Source: Octopus vulgaris (Eukaryota). From it: a stretch of 64,000 nucleotides of DNA. The position numbers and the translations under genes were made by a program. This document shows positions 12,960-24,693 of this stretch, in pieces. Each line of letters opens with the position of its first letter. Positions within the stretch are counted from its first letter, which is position 1. The notes below the pieces were generated by a model. That model saw only the letters and a list, made by a program, of their open reading frames with translations, made no database searches and had not been told where the DNA came from. The stretch lies in the NCBI GenBank assembly GCA_951406725.2, contig OX597825.1, forward strand, positions 80,290,001 to 80,354,000, written 5' to 3'.

Positions 12960-13402
12960 CATTGTCATCCTCATCATTTAGCATCCATTGTCCATGCTGG
13001 CATGGATTGGATGGTTTGACCAGGGCTGGCAAGCTGGAAGGCTGCACCAGACTCCAGTCTGTTTTAACATGGTTTCTACGGCAGGATGCCCTTCCTAATG
13101 CCAACCACTCAGAGAGTGCAATGTGTGCTTTTACATGCCACCAACACAGGCGCCATTTGCATGACATCGGCGTCTGCCACAACTGCGATTTTACTTGGCT
13201 TGATGGGTCATCTTCTCAAGCACAACATAATGGCCAAAGATCTCCGTGAGGCCCAACGCTTGAAAGGTGCTTTTACATGCCATTTGTGTGACACTGGTAT
13301 CTGCCATAACTGCAATTTTACTTGGTTTGTTGGGTCTTCTTCTCAACCATGACATAATGCCAAATGGACTCAGTCTTTGCCTCAGTGAGGCCCAACACTT
13401 GA
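12960..13402 (-). mobile_element. SINE family C, long variant with internal duplication
   Basis: catcatttagcatccattgtccatgctggcatgg...gatgcccttcctaatgccaaccactc, followed by two copies of the gtgcttttacatgcc...cttctcaa...gaggcccaac module. Confidence 0.8.
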
Positions 13403-14189
13403 AATGGAGGCATATACATGGCATATACATGGTTAAGAACCTCTCACTTCACAACCACATGGTTTGGGTCCAGTACCCAACTCTCTGAATATATGTCTTC
13501 TACATTATATAGCACTGGGGCCCTGAGTCAACCAAAGCCTTATAAGGGAATTTGTTTTGTTGGTGCAGATGTGTGTGCGCATACATGTTAGTATTTGCGT
13601 TTTCCTCTCACTGCAACTTGAGAATCAATATCGGTTTGTTTATACGGCGGTGACCTGGCAGAAACGTTTGCACGCCGGGCAAAATGCTTGGCGGTATTTC
13701 ATCTACCACTACATCCTGAGTTCAAATTCCGGATGCCCCAGCATGGCCGCAGTCCAATGAAACCAGTAAAAGAACAATTTCTTAAAGCTTCAAGTTGCTA
13801 AAGAAAAAGAATTTTTAAAAAAAGTTCACTGCAAAAACAAATAAATAAATAAATAAAACAATTACAGTCAGCATTTTAATTTGGCCATGTAAGGAGCGTC
13901 TAAGAATAATGCCAAAGGAAATAAGGTGCCAGATAAAGCAGTTCAGCTGCGTGGTTAACTGATAATTACAGGGTTTAGGGTTCAAGTACAGTGGAAGCCA
14001 TGGGGAAAATAGCTTGCGTGTGTGCGTATGTATGTATGTCTGTGTCTGTCAGTGTGTGTGTGTGTGTGTGTGTGTATGTCTATGTCTGTCTGTATGTGTA
14101 TGTGTCTGTCAGTGTGTGTGTGTGTGTATGTCTCTGTCTGTCTGTGTGTCTGTCTGTCTGTCAGTGTGTGTGTCTGTGTCTGTCAGTGT

Positions 14190-14222
<33 letters not shown>

Positions 14223-14739
14223 GTAAGTTGTCTCCCTTTGAATTCTCTGCTTTTTTTTTTTTTGTTTATTGGTTATTTTTGTGTTGTTTTGTATTTTATT
14301 AAAAGCTGGGGTTTTTTGGGGGTTTTTTTTTTTGTGGTCGGGTTTAAAACAACAGCGTCTATAATCTAGCACATGTGGTGTTTAAAAGGATTATGTGACC
14401 TAGTAAGGAGAAACTGATGAAAAAATTATGTGAGGAATTATCTTACACAAGTGTGAGTGAGCAAGAGAAAAAGCGAGAGAGAGAGAGAGAGAGAGTGTGT
14501 GTGTGTGTGTGTGTGTTGGGAAAGTAGTGGGGGGGACGAGCGGGAGAAGAAAGTAAAGAAAAGAAAAGAAAGAAACAAGAAACAAAAGAGATTTCCTTTT
14601 GCCAGTAAGCAACTCTCTTCCTTTTCTTCCTTTTCTTTTAAAACAGGATAAAAAAAAAAAAAGAGAAAGTCTAAAGATTTCTCCACAGATCCATTTCAGA
14701 AGTTCACTAGACAAGAAAGTAACTTATAACAGGATTATG

Positions 14740-14766
14740 TATACATACACGCACGCATGCGCACAC

Positions 14767-14850
<84 letters not shown>

Positions 14851-15375
14851 ATGTGTATATGTACATATGCATGCATACATATATACACATACACATGTAT
14901 GCCTAATAATATACACACACACACACAAGCACACACATAATATGCATGCATACATATGTATACATACATTACATATAAATATATATATATATTATACACA
15001 TACATACATGTCTAATATATACACACACAAACGCACATATGTGTGCATACATATATATATATATATATACATACATGTCTAATATATATACACACACAAA
15101 CACATGTATAATATGCACGCGTATATACATATATATATATATATATGTATGTATATATATATACATATTTGTTTAATACACACACACACATGTAAACATA
15201 TATAGTTGAAGTTAATGTGCTAGGTGCATGACAAATTCCTATTCTCGCATACAATGTGTCTATATACACACACACATACACACATATATATATATCCATA
15301 TACACATATGTGATACACGCCTGCATATAACTACATGTACACATGTGTGTGTTTTGTGTATGTGTGTGTGTGTGC
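14740..15375. repeat. (CA)n/(TA)n microsatellite block
   Basis: Long perfect (CA)n at about 14772-14848, followed by mixed TA/CA repeats. Confidence 0.9.
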
Positions 15376-16483
15376 ATATTATTTCCGGAGAGTAAACGCC
15401 CATTAAGCTCATGCACAGGTACAGGCTATCAGACAAGACTAATCTGGAGATTGTAATTATGAAACACTTGTATGAAAATCGAATTAACAAACAGGAAGAA
15501 TGAAGTGAAATAAAACTGTAAAATGATGCAATAAAAAGACTTGTTCGTTTGGATTCAATCTGATGAATATAAGTGTATTGTGCAGTAATGTGTGCAACTA
15601 TTGGTGGCTGAGGTGTCATTGAAGTGATAGATACTGAATCAATCTGATAAGGATTAGGCATGAAAATTGTTAGCAAAAAAACAATGATGATGATATGAAC
15701 GTACATACATCACAATATCTGGCACTTATAAGAATCTGCAAGACCTTCTAATGACTTCAAGGGTGATGGCTGTTTCTCTTGGATAACATCGGTGGCGTGG
15801 ATAGGGGGAGACTGGCACGCATGGGTGACTGCTGGTCTTTGATAAACAGCCTTGCCCAGTCTTGTGCCTCGGAGGGGAACCTTCTAGTTGCAATCTCATG
15901 GTCATTCTTGGACATACACATGGACATACACATGCAAACACATACACGGACATTTACAAATACACAACACACAGAAATATACATACATGCACACACCACA
16001 TTCACAAGCACACAATCAGCCGTCCAAGAATTTGGACCTGGAGATTTCCATTTCCAGCGACTTTGAGGACCACCTCCCAGTGGTGTTGGGCGTCAATGAA
16101 GAGCCCTCAACTACAACAAGACGACCAAAGTTTTTTTTTTTTTTCCAAGGTCTGGGGTCTCCCGCCCCTAAGCCCTAGACCATCACCTTATCACCCTTAT
16201 CCGTCTTGTTGCTTAACAACAACAACAACAGCACACAATCACAGACACACACATGCAAACACACATAAAGAAAAGTAAAAACACAAAAGAGGAAAAAAAT
16301 AGACAAAAAGGAAAAAAATAATTAATTAAAAAAAAAAAGAAAAATGAATAATGACATCATTCAGTGAGGGGTGATCAAGATGAATTTGAACTGGAAACAA
16401 AACTAAACTAAAAAAAAATAAAAACAAAACAAAAAAACCCAATTTTCCTGACTCAAACCCAGAGAAAGAAAGCCAGTACTTAC

Positions 16484-16573
16484 CACCAAGTAATTTGACC
16501 GTTCCGAGTGGGCTTTACCACTCCGTTGGTGTGGTTGTGGTTGTTGTTCTTGTTCTTCACCTGTAGCCGTCAT
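16484..16573 (-). CDS. Candidate first coding segment of an unidentified minus-strand gene (MTATGEEQEQQPQPHQRSGKAHSERSNYLV); whole exon 16484-16779
   Basis: Unique sequence with acceptor cttctattttgtAG at 16780-16781, ATG in gccaaaATG context at 16573, exactly 30 codons, then consensus donor GTG|GTAAGT (phase 0). No recognisable domain, and downstream exons were not identified. Confidence 0.5.
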
Positions 16574-16802
16574 TTTGGCAATTTTTTTTTTTTTTAGTTC
16601 AGTTCCTATTGGGATTAATAGTAGTCGATGGGCATAGTCTTGGCAAACAGCGACCGAGGGTAATCCTAACCCAATGTGGAGCAAGATTTTAGATGTCCTC
16701 AACTGTTATGGGGGTGAACCAGTTGGGTTTATGTCTTTGCAGCTAGGCAGGTAAAGTAGTCATCGTACACCAGAAACTCCTACAAAATAGAAGATGATGA
16801 TG

Positions 16803-16847
<45 letters not shown>

Positions 16848-17010
16848 TTTTTTAATTTATTCATTAGACATTCACTAGTACAACACCAAAAAAACCCCCC
16901 AAATATATGGCACACTAGGCATAACAACGTGAACTTCCAACCTGTTGTCTCTTGAGGTCTCTGGGTGAGACTTGGAGCCAACTTGTACAGACATAAAGCA
17001 AAAGTCAAGC

Positions 17011-17078
<68 letters not shown>

Positions 17079-17084
17079 GTAGTG

Positions 17085-17292
17085 GTTCCAAATTTTGGCA
17101 CATGGTCAGCAATTGTAAGGGTGAGGGAGAGTAGATGACATCAACCCCAGATCTCAACTGGAACTTAATTTATCAACCCTGGAAGGAGAAACAGCAAAGT
17201 CAACCTCAGCAGCATTTGAACTCAAAATGGAAAGATGGACAAAATGCCACTAAGCAATTTGTCTGGTGTTCTAAAGATTTTGCCAGCCCACC

Positions 17293-17339
<47 letters not shown>

Positions 17340-17965
17340 CCTTTCTACTAACAACACAAGGCCTGAAATTTTGGGGAGAGGTATAGTTGATTACATCAAC
17401 CCCCAGTCTTTCACTGGTACTTAATTTATCAACCCCAAAAGGATGAAAGGCGAAGTCAACCTCGGCAGAATTTGAACTCAGAATGTCTTTATGATGGACA
17501 AAATGCTGATAAGTATTTTGTCCTGCATGCTAACAATTCTGCCAGCTCACTGCTTTAATAATAATTATAATGATTTCAAAGTTTAGCACAAGGCCAGCAA
17601 TTTCAGGAGAAGGGTTAAATTGATTGCATCAAGCACAGTGTTTATTAACTGGTCCTTTACTCTATCGACCCCGAAAGGATGAAAGGCAAAGTCAACCTCA
17701 GTGGAATTTGAACATGAAAACAGACAAAATGCCAGCAAACATTTTGCCTGGGATGCTCACAATTTTGCCAGCTTTCTGCCTTAATAATAATAATAATCCT
17801 TTCTAATATAAGCACAAGGCCTGAAATTAGGGGGAAGGGGTGTAGTTGATTACATCAACCCCAGTACACAACTGGTATTTATTTTACCGACCCTGAAAGG
17901 ATGAAAGGCAAAGTTGACCTCAATGGAATTTAAACTCAGAATCGGTAAAATCCTGCTAAACATTT
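17085..17965 (-). mobile_element. Array of four family B SINE copies separated by (AAT)n
   Basis: Four successive cacaaggcc...aaggatgaaaggcaaagtcaacctc...gaatttgaactca units with (AAT)n spacers; a similar pair lies at 54958-55470. Confidence 0.85.
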
Positions 17966-17972
17966 CAATAAT

Positions 17973-18348
17973 AACAAGAGCACTCAGAGAGCTCAAACCA
18001 CCACCAAGACAACACCAACGTCCTCTCAACGATTAGCCAAAGATGATTTTTAAAATGGAGAATATCTGAAATAAACTCGACTTCTCTCACAAACGAGAGT
18101 ACTAAAAATAAACCTGACCGCTCTCAAAAATTAAGTGAAAAAAACAGGAAAAATAATCCAGAATCTTTGTCCGGTACCAGATCGATCCCAAAAGCTAATC
18201 AGTTCGTGCCAGTCATGAGGCCAAATATCCCTGAAAGTTTCATCTGAATTCATCCCGTAGTTTTTAAGATATCTTGTCCACAGACAAACAAACAAACAAA
18301 CAAACACAACTGAAAACAATACCTCTGCCTTCGCTAAGGCAGAGGTAA
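17973..18348. mobile_element. Helentron-associated non-autonomous element (HINE / pearl-like)
   Basis: Starts acaagagcactcagagagc..., contains an internal (ACAA)n microsatellite, and ends in the hairpin acctctgcc-ttcgctaa-ggcagaggt-aat; this is the architecture of DINE-1/pearl-type elements. Confidence 0.7.
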
Positions 18349-18895
18349 TAACATGGTGGCAAGAATCTCTGACTGGAAGACTAAGGTCTGATTCCCTGCC
18401 AAGGAGAGAATTGCATGTTTTTCTTTAATGGTGTTGCACCAGCATGGCCACAGGCAATGATTGGAACAGGTAAAAAGAAAAATAAAGTGAAAAATAAAGT
18501 GAAAAATAAAATAAAAGGATAACAGCTGAAATTCTTCCAAAGAAACCTGACACTGTTAAAGAAATGTGAAATCCTGAAAAATGAGAGCAAAGTAGTAGAA
18601 GAAAGTCCCATTCATTACAACCTTAAGTGCTTCTCTCAATGTCTGTGTGTTTGTTTACATCCCATTCATAATTCTTATAAAAGGTATTCCCCTGTAATGA
18701 TTGATAAGTTGAGAGGAGATTTATACTTCACTGACAGACAGCTATGCGTAGGGAAGGGTGGGCACAGATGGACTGCGGATGCTCATCTGTTAACGGCAGC
18801 ATTGTTATATTTAACTTTTAGCTCACTTCTTGGTTCTTGGATGTTGGCAGATTATTTACAGAAGTGTTAACACTTTTATGTACACACAACCTTAA

Positions 18896-19115
18896 CCCCT
18901 TTGATACCAACCCGGCTGAAACTGCCTCTGGCTCTGAGTACAAATGTCTTGTTTTCATAAGTTCTGAATTAAAATCTTCCACCAAACCTTAGCCACAATT
19001 TATGTTCCTAACACTAGCCTAATGATAACTAAGTTCTTTACTAAATTCCTTGTTATAATTAAAATTAATTGAATGAAACACAGAGCATCTCAAAATAAAT
19101 ACGGTAACGAAAGGG
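18896..19115. mobile_element. piggyBac-type MITE (second family), complete
   Basis: TTAA TSD at 18892-18895 and 19116-19119; TIRs cccctttgatacc / ggtaacgaaaggg. Partial copies lie near 24313-24460, 35822-35910, 44860-44960 and 51776-52000. Confidence 0.8.
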
Positions 19116-19160
19116 TTAAACACATCGATGGAGATCGGGTAAGGAAGAGGGTTTAACTGA

Positions 19161-19195
<35 letters not shown>

Positions 19196-19935
19196 CAGGC
19201 ATTCAGGCATGTATGTATAAGTGTCTAGACACATATCTATGTTTTTACATGTGTGTACATAGATCATCGTCATTATTTGCATCCACTGTCCATGCTGGCA
19301 TGGGTTGAACAGGTCTGCTTGCTTAGATGAGTTGTGAGAGCCTCATCTCACTGACCCATCCAGGTGAATACAGTATACACACACCTCTCTCTCTTTCTCT
19401 CTCCCTCCCTCCCTCTGTATTACAGTTTCATCATTGGTAGGATTCAGTGAGATAAATATCACTTATATACACAATTTACACAAGCTACTAATTTATTGTA
19501 TCTTTAAAGCATGAAACTATTACTAGATCTTTTGTAAGTTGAGTGTATTAAATGATATTTATATATATATATATATATATAGAGACACATACATATCTGC
19601 ATGTGAGTATATATAAAAATGCACACACACACACACATACACATATACATACACGCAATCTCTTGTACTAAATATAACATAAACATGTTATGGAATATAA
19701 ATACCAGACTCTAGTTGTGACTCAGACTTTAGCCATGACTTTCCATTCCAACTGCATAATGAACATCTTAATAGTTTCACTCACAAAAACACAAATACAC
19801 ACACAAACACACCAATTAAACATACACACCGATCAACATTAGATCAATAACTATCAATAGATATAAACTAAGTATGAAAAAAAAAAACCCAGCTGAGAAA
19901 GTTATTAGCTTAGATCAGAGAATGTATCAGTGAAA

Positions 19936-19972
<37 letters not shown>

Positions 19973-21697
19973 GTGGAGGGAAACTGTTAAGTGAGGAAAT
20001 GCGGAGAAAAGGAAGTGCAGGGGAACGGATTCAAAGCAGCGGATGGTGAGTGTGAAGTTGAAACAAAACCTGTTTACCAACTTCCTCGTTCCTTGTCCTA
20101 AACTGGAGAACACATCAGCTCATTACTGGGAACGTTATCGGCCGTTCTGGTCTGCTTTACAGATCTGGTTGTTGTTAAGTTCGCTTGTGAAGTGGAGAAT
20201 ATCTTACCTTATAGACCTAGAGATTAGATTTAAGGATTGGGAGAGGAATCTCTTTAAGTGTGTCAAGCAAAAGATGAAGAGATTTAGAGATGGTGAGATG
20301 TTGTTCTGCAAAACCCATCCGATTCTTGCCAACATGGGAAAGTAAAAGAATTAAGCAAATGATGGTAATGAAGATATGGGGAACAAAGGCGGCGGCAGCG
20401 GCTGTGGTAGTGAATGTTTTTGTTGTTTTTACTGTTGGTTTCCCAAATTTTATCAAATGAAACCTTAACTGATGTTGATTCTGTAAATTTTAGGATATTT
20501 TCCTCAGAATATTCGTCCTAACCCTTTAGTGTCTGTTTTTCCATGCTGGCATGGGTTGGACAGTCTGACATGAGCTGGCAAAGCCAGAAACTGCACCGGG
20601 TTTCATTGTATACTTTGCTCTGTTTCTACAGCCGGATGTCCTTCCTAATGCCAACCACTTCAGAGCATACTGAGTGATTTTTATTCCTTATTTCAGGTAC
20701 ATGGAATAACTCAAACTAAACACCACAAACCTAACAAAACATTTCTAAACTTTTTTTTTTTGGAGCCTGGTGCAGCCTCCTCACTTGCCAGCCCTCAGTC
20801 AAACCGTCCAACCCATGCCAGCATGGAAAGCAGACGCTAAACGACAAAGATGATGATGATGATGATGTTAATCCAGAGAAGAAAGACTGCATAATGCTGA
20901 CATGCTGGCTATTGTGGTGAGTCACTCAGTCTGTATTTGGAGGTTTGACAATCACTGCTTCGCCTCCTGTGCTATGTCACCTCTTAGTCACAGCACTTAG
21001 TAAATATTGACTCTTCTTTGCCAGGTAAAATCCAAAACACCCTGACGACCCACAGCCTGTTGCAAATCTAAATAATGGTTTCTTATTTAAGCACAAGGCC
21101 AGCAGTTTTGAGAGGAGTGACGTTAATGCCACTGACACTCTCCCCCACCCCGATTTCCAATATTTGATTGGTATTTTATTTTATCAACTCCAGAGGAATG
21201 TAAGCCAAAGTTGACCACAGTGGGATTAAAACATAAAGGCCAGGTCAGCAATTTTTGAGGGGAAGGGGGGGGGTCAGTTGATACCATTGATCCAGTCCTA
21301 ATTTCTGGTATTTTATTTTATCAACCCCAAAGAAATGAAAAGCAAAGTTGACTTCAATGAGATAAAGGCACAAGGCCCACAGCACAACTAGACTGGCTCT
21401 TTGTATTTCACTGACCGCAGGGGGATGAAAAGCAAACTTGACTCCAAGGAGATAAAGATAGTAAATAAAAGATATTTTTGTCTTTTTTGTCACACCTTTG
21501 ACCTGTAATTTACAGTTACCTGCAAGGTGTATCCAGGTGTGTCAAAAATATTTTAAATTTTAATCCTGGATTTTACAAATCCATATTAATGAGTGATCTA
21601 TTTTAAAAGCATGTTCGTAATTTATTGCAGAATGGAAAGTGTTTATAAGCCATTTAAAACACACAAAAACCGTTAGATTCACTTCAACATTTAAATT

Positions 21698-22107
21698 GGT
21701 TGTATACTGTCAATCTAACGTGAACGTGACAGTAGGGGGTTACACCACCGCTGTTTAGCCCTAGGAAGCATCGACGCTTCCTGATGGCTTTGACACATTA
21801 TTCCTGTGTCCTTATATACATTTACGAAGGGGAGACTCTAGACCGATGAAGGACAATGATCCTGAAACATGCGTGTCTCTAGATGCAGGCCTGTCTGCTG
21901 GGGGTGTTTGTCTCCCCTTCGTAAATGTATATAAGGACACAGGAAAAATGTGTCAAAGCCATCAGGAGGCGTCGATGCTTCCTAGGGCTAAACAGCAGTG
22001 GTATAACCCCCTACTGTCACGTTTGTGTTAGATTGACAGTATACAACCATTCTATCGCCCCACCACCGTACATATCTCTATGAGAGATTTAGAAATTTAA
22101 TATTTCT
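21698..22107. mobile_element. Penelope-like fold-back insertion with 12-bp TSD
   Basis: 139-bp inverted arms at 21698-21836 and 21910-22048; aacatttaaatt duplicated at 21686-21697 and 22108-22119; hammerhead motif in the loop. Confidence 0.7.
21837..21883 (+). ncRNA. Minimal type-I hammerhead ribozyme motif (U4C core variant)
   Basis: Stem I TCTAGA - CCGATGA - stem II AGGA(caatga)TCCT - GAA - stem III ACA(tgcg)TGT - C (GUC site at 21877) - stem I TCTAGA. Confidence 0.7.
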
Positions 22108-22300
22108 AACATTTAAATTTATTTTGCCAAAATATTTTCATCACTTTGAGACCACCACCTTCATTCATCTTAAGCCTGATCTTCCACATTAGCATGGCTA
22201 AGATGAACCATTATTGGGGTATTGCTTTTTATAGTTGGATACCGTTCCTGTTGCTAACCCTTACCTGTTATTTAAACAAGGGATTTCTTATACCACATGT

Positions 22301-22534
22301 ATAAGGCAGCAAGCTGGCAGAAACGTTAGCACGCCAGGCGAAATGCTTAGCGGTATTTTGCCTGCCGTTACATTCTAAGTTCAAATTCCGCCGAGGTCAT
22401 TCTTGCCTTTCATTCTTTCGGGGTCAATAAATTAAGTACCAGATACGCACTGGGGTCAATATAATCAACTTAATCCCTTTGTCTGTCCTTATTTGTCCCC
22501 TCTACATTTAGCCCCTTGGGGGTAATAAAGAAAT
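22301..22534 (+). mobile_element. SINE family B, full length with ~23-bp TSD
   Basis: Complete family B sequence flanked by aagggatt(t/c)cttata(c/a)cacatgt at 22278-22300 and 22535-22557. Confidence 0.85.
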
Positions 22535-23614
22535 AAGGGATTCCTTATAACACATGTCCTCAAAAGTGAAAAGCCCGTGGACAATTTGTTGACAGGTGAA
22601 AATGACAATGCACTGCTTGAAGCCCAAACATTTTGGGGAAATATGCAAACATAAACATATGCACAAACGATGGGCTGCTTCCAGTTTCCATCAGCCAAGT
22701 TCTTCCATAAGGCCTCGGTCAGCCCAGGGCTATAATAGAAAACACTTGCCCAAAGTGTCACACCTTGGGACTGAACCTGAAATGATGCGATTAGAAAGCC
22801 AATTCCTTAACTGCACAGCCACACCTGCACCTGTCTGGTCCCGTAGACACATTGCTATGAAGTAATAGCATCTCTTTGACTGGAAGTTACTCTTTGGCAG
22901 TAATCTTCCCATTGCCTTGTTTAAGAGGGTGTGGAATATAGAGTTTCCAGGTGATGAGAAATGGGTTCTATGATGCATGTTCACATTAATCTGAGAGCCA
23001 GGAGCGATGCTGAAGGTGATACGAAATGAATGCAGCTGTTTGAAGTTAAAAATAAATTGTAGAATTGGTAAACGAGGAATTCAATGTTTGAAGACAGAAC
23101 TCACCTGTAGCACCACCATTTATGCAACATTAATTTCAAGAAGTAATTCAACACTGTAAAACTAACGATACAGTCATCATTTATACTTGTCTTTCATCAT
23201 CCTAACCAGTGAGCTGTGCCTCCCCCTCCATGATGTAACTTGGTCGGTAACGTAATAGCAAGGTCAATGTAAAAAGGTAGATGACGCAGTCAGCGGCATC
23301 ACAGGTATTCACAGTAATCTGGTGAAAGTACAGTCGTAACAAAAAACCGTAAAACTCATCAGTACTTGATTATGTAGACATCTGTGATTAGCAGAATGGT
23401 ATGATAAGAATTATGTTAATTTCATTAAAAGAAAAAAAACAACCTGGTAAGCCACTGAGGTGGTCCCTGTGAACCCCACTCCTTTTCTAAAAGTTTCTCA
23501 AATTTAATGTATGTGTCGCTAAGAAGCAGTTGCTGACTTTTGGTTTTTATTTCATGACTTGTCAAAATGTTTGTTGATATCTGCTTTACCAATGATAGAA
23601 ATAAAGAAATACAT

Positions 23615-23895
23615 GGAGCGTTACCAGCATCGCCTTACTGGCACCTGTGCTGGTGGCATGTGTAAAAGATTCAAGCGAGGTCGTTGCCAGTACCACCAAA
23701 CTGGCCCTCATGCCAGTGGCACGTAAAAGCACCCACTACACTCTTGGAGTGGTTGGCATTAGGAAGGGCATCCAGCTATAGAAACTCTGCCAGATCAAGA
23801 TTGAAGCCTGGTGCAGCCATCTGGTTTGCCAGCCCTCAGTAAAATCGTCCAACCCATGCTAGCATGGAAAGTGGATGTTAAACGATGATAATGAT
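23615..23895 (+). mobile_element. SINE family C
   Basis: Standard family C body and (GAT)n tail. Confidence 0.8.
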
Positions 23896-23940
23896 GTGGA
23901 GATATTTTTATATACAAAGATATTTCAACATTTTCAGTTC

Positions 23941-24312
23941 AAGCTTGCTGAGGAAAAATCTGGTTTCTGTCCTGGACACAACACAACCAGCTGAATATTC
24001 ACTCTCAGGCAGGTCATCAGGAAATTATGAGAATATTACCAAAAAGCTGAAGAGGGAGGGACGTGCTGTGGATGGTTTTGCAGAAGATTGGTATTAATAG
24101 GCTACTTCTGGTTTCCACAAAGTCCCAATACAAATGCCTGGATATTTGTGTTGCAGTAAAAGGTTTGAAAACTTTCAAGGTGGCTGACTTCAGCAGGGCT
24201 GCATATTGCTTCCTCTCTTTTTCATAATTTTCACAAACTGTATTGACATGTGCAGCTATTGTGGAAGTGGTATTACAATCAGTGAGAGTAGGATCAGTCT
24301 TCTGATATTATG
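23941..24312 (+). pseudogene. Decayed RTE-clade LINE reverse transcriptase fragment
   Basis: Manual translation gives KLAEEKSGFCPGHNTTS*IFTLRQVIRKL*EYYQK (cf. EEQxGFRxGRSTxDQIFTLRQ) and *LQQGCILLPLFFIIFTNCID...GITISESRISLLI (cf. GLRQGCxLSPLLF...LLFADD); contains stops and frameshifts. Confidence 0.8.
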
Positions 24313-24460
24313 TTCTCTGTTTCTTTCAATTAATTTTAAATATAACAAAGAATTTACTAAAATAACTTAGTTATCATTAAGCTAGTGTTAGGAACATAAG
24401 TTGTGACTTGTACTATAGAGCCAGAAGTGGTTTCAGATGGGTTGATATCAAAAGGGTTAA

Positions 24461-24693
24461 GATGGTGAGCTGGCAGAATCGTTAGCACGCTGGACGAAAT
24501 GCTTCTCAGTATTTCACCTGTTGCTACGTTCTGAGTTCAAATTCCGCCGAGGTCAACTTTGCCTTTCATCCTTTCGGGGTCGATTAAATAAGTACCAGTT
24601 ACGCACCGGGGTCGATATAATCGACTTAATCCGTTTGTCTTTCCTTGTTTGTCCTCTCTGGGTTTAGCCCCTTGTGGGTAGTGAAGAAATAGG
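24461..24693 (+). mobile_element. SINE family B, full length with 15-bp TSD
   Basis: Close to the in-window consensus; tatcaaaagggttaa duplicated at 24446-24460 and 24694-24708, which copies the end of a piggyBac MITE. Confidence 0.85.

Noticed and set aside
16015-16130. GC-richer segment reading SKNLDLEISISSDFEDHLPVVL (endonuclease SDH-like) or a minus-strand exon
   Set aside because: Similarity rests on a few residues, and joining it in phase 0 to the 16.5-kb exon gives a stop after five codons
18352-18410. tRNA-Asp-like sequence
   Set aside because: Too degenerate to fold as a cloverleaf and followed by a SINE-type tail, so probably a decayed SINE head. All other A/B-box sequences are also SINE heads, and no tRNA gene is called.
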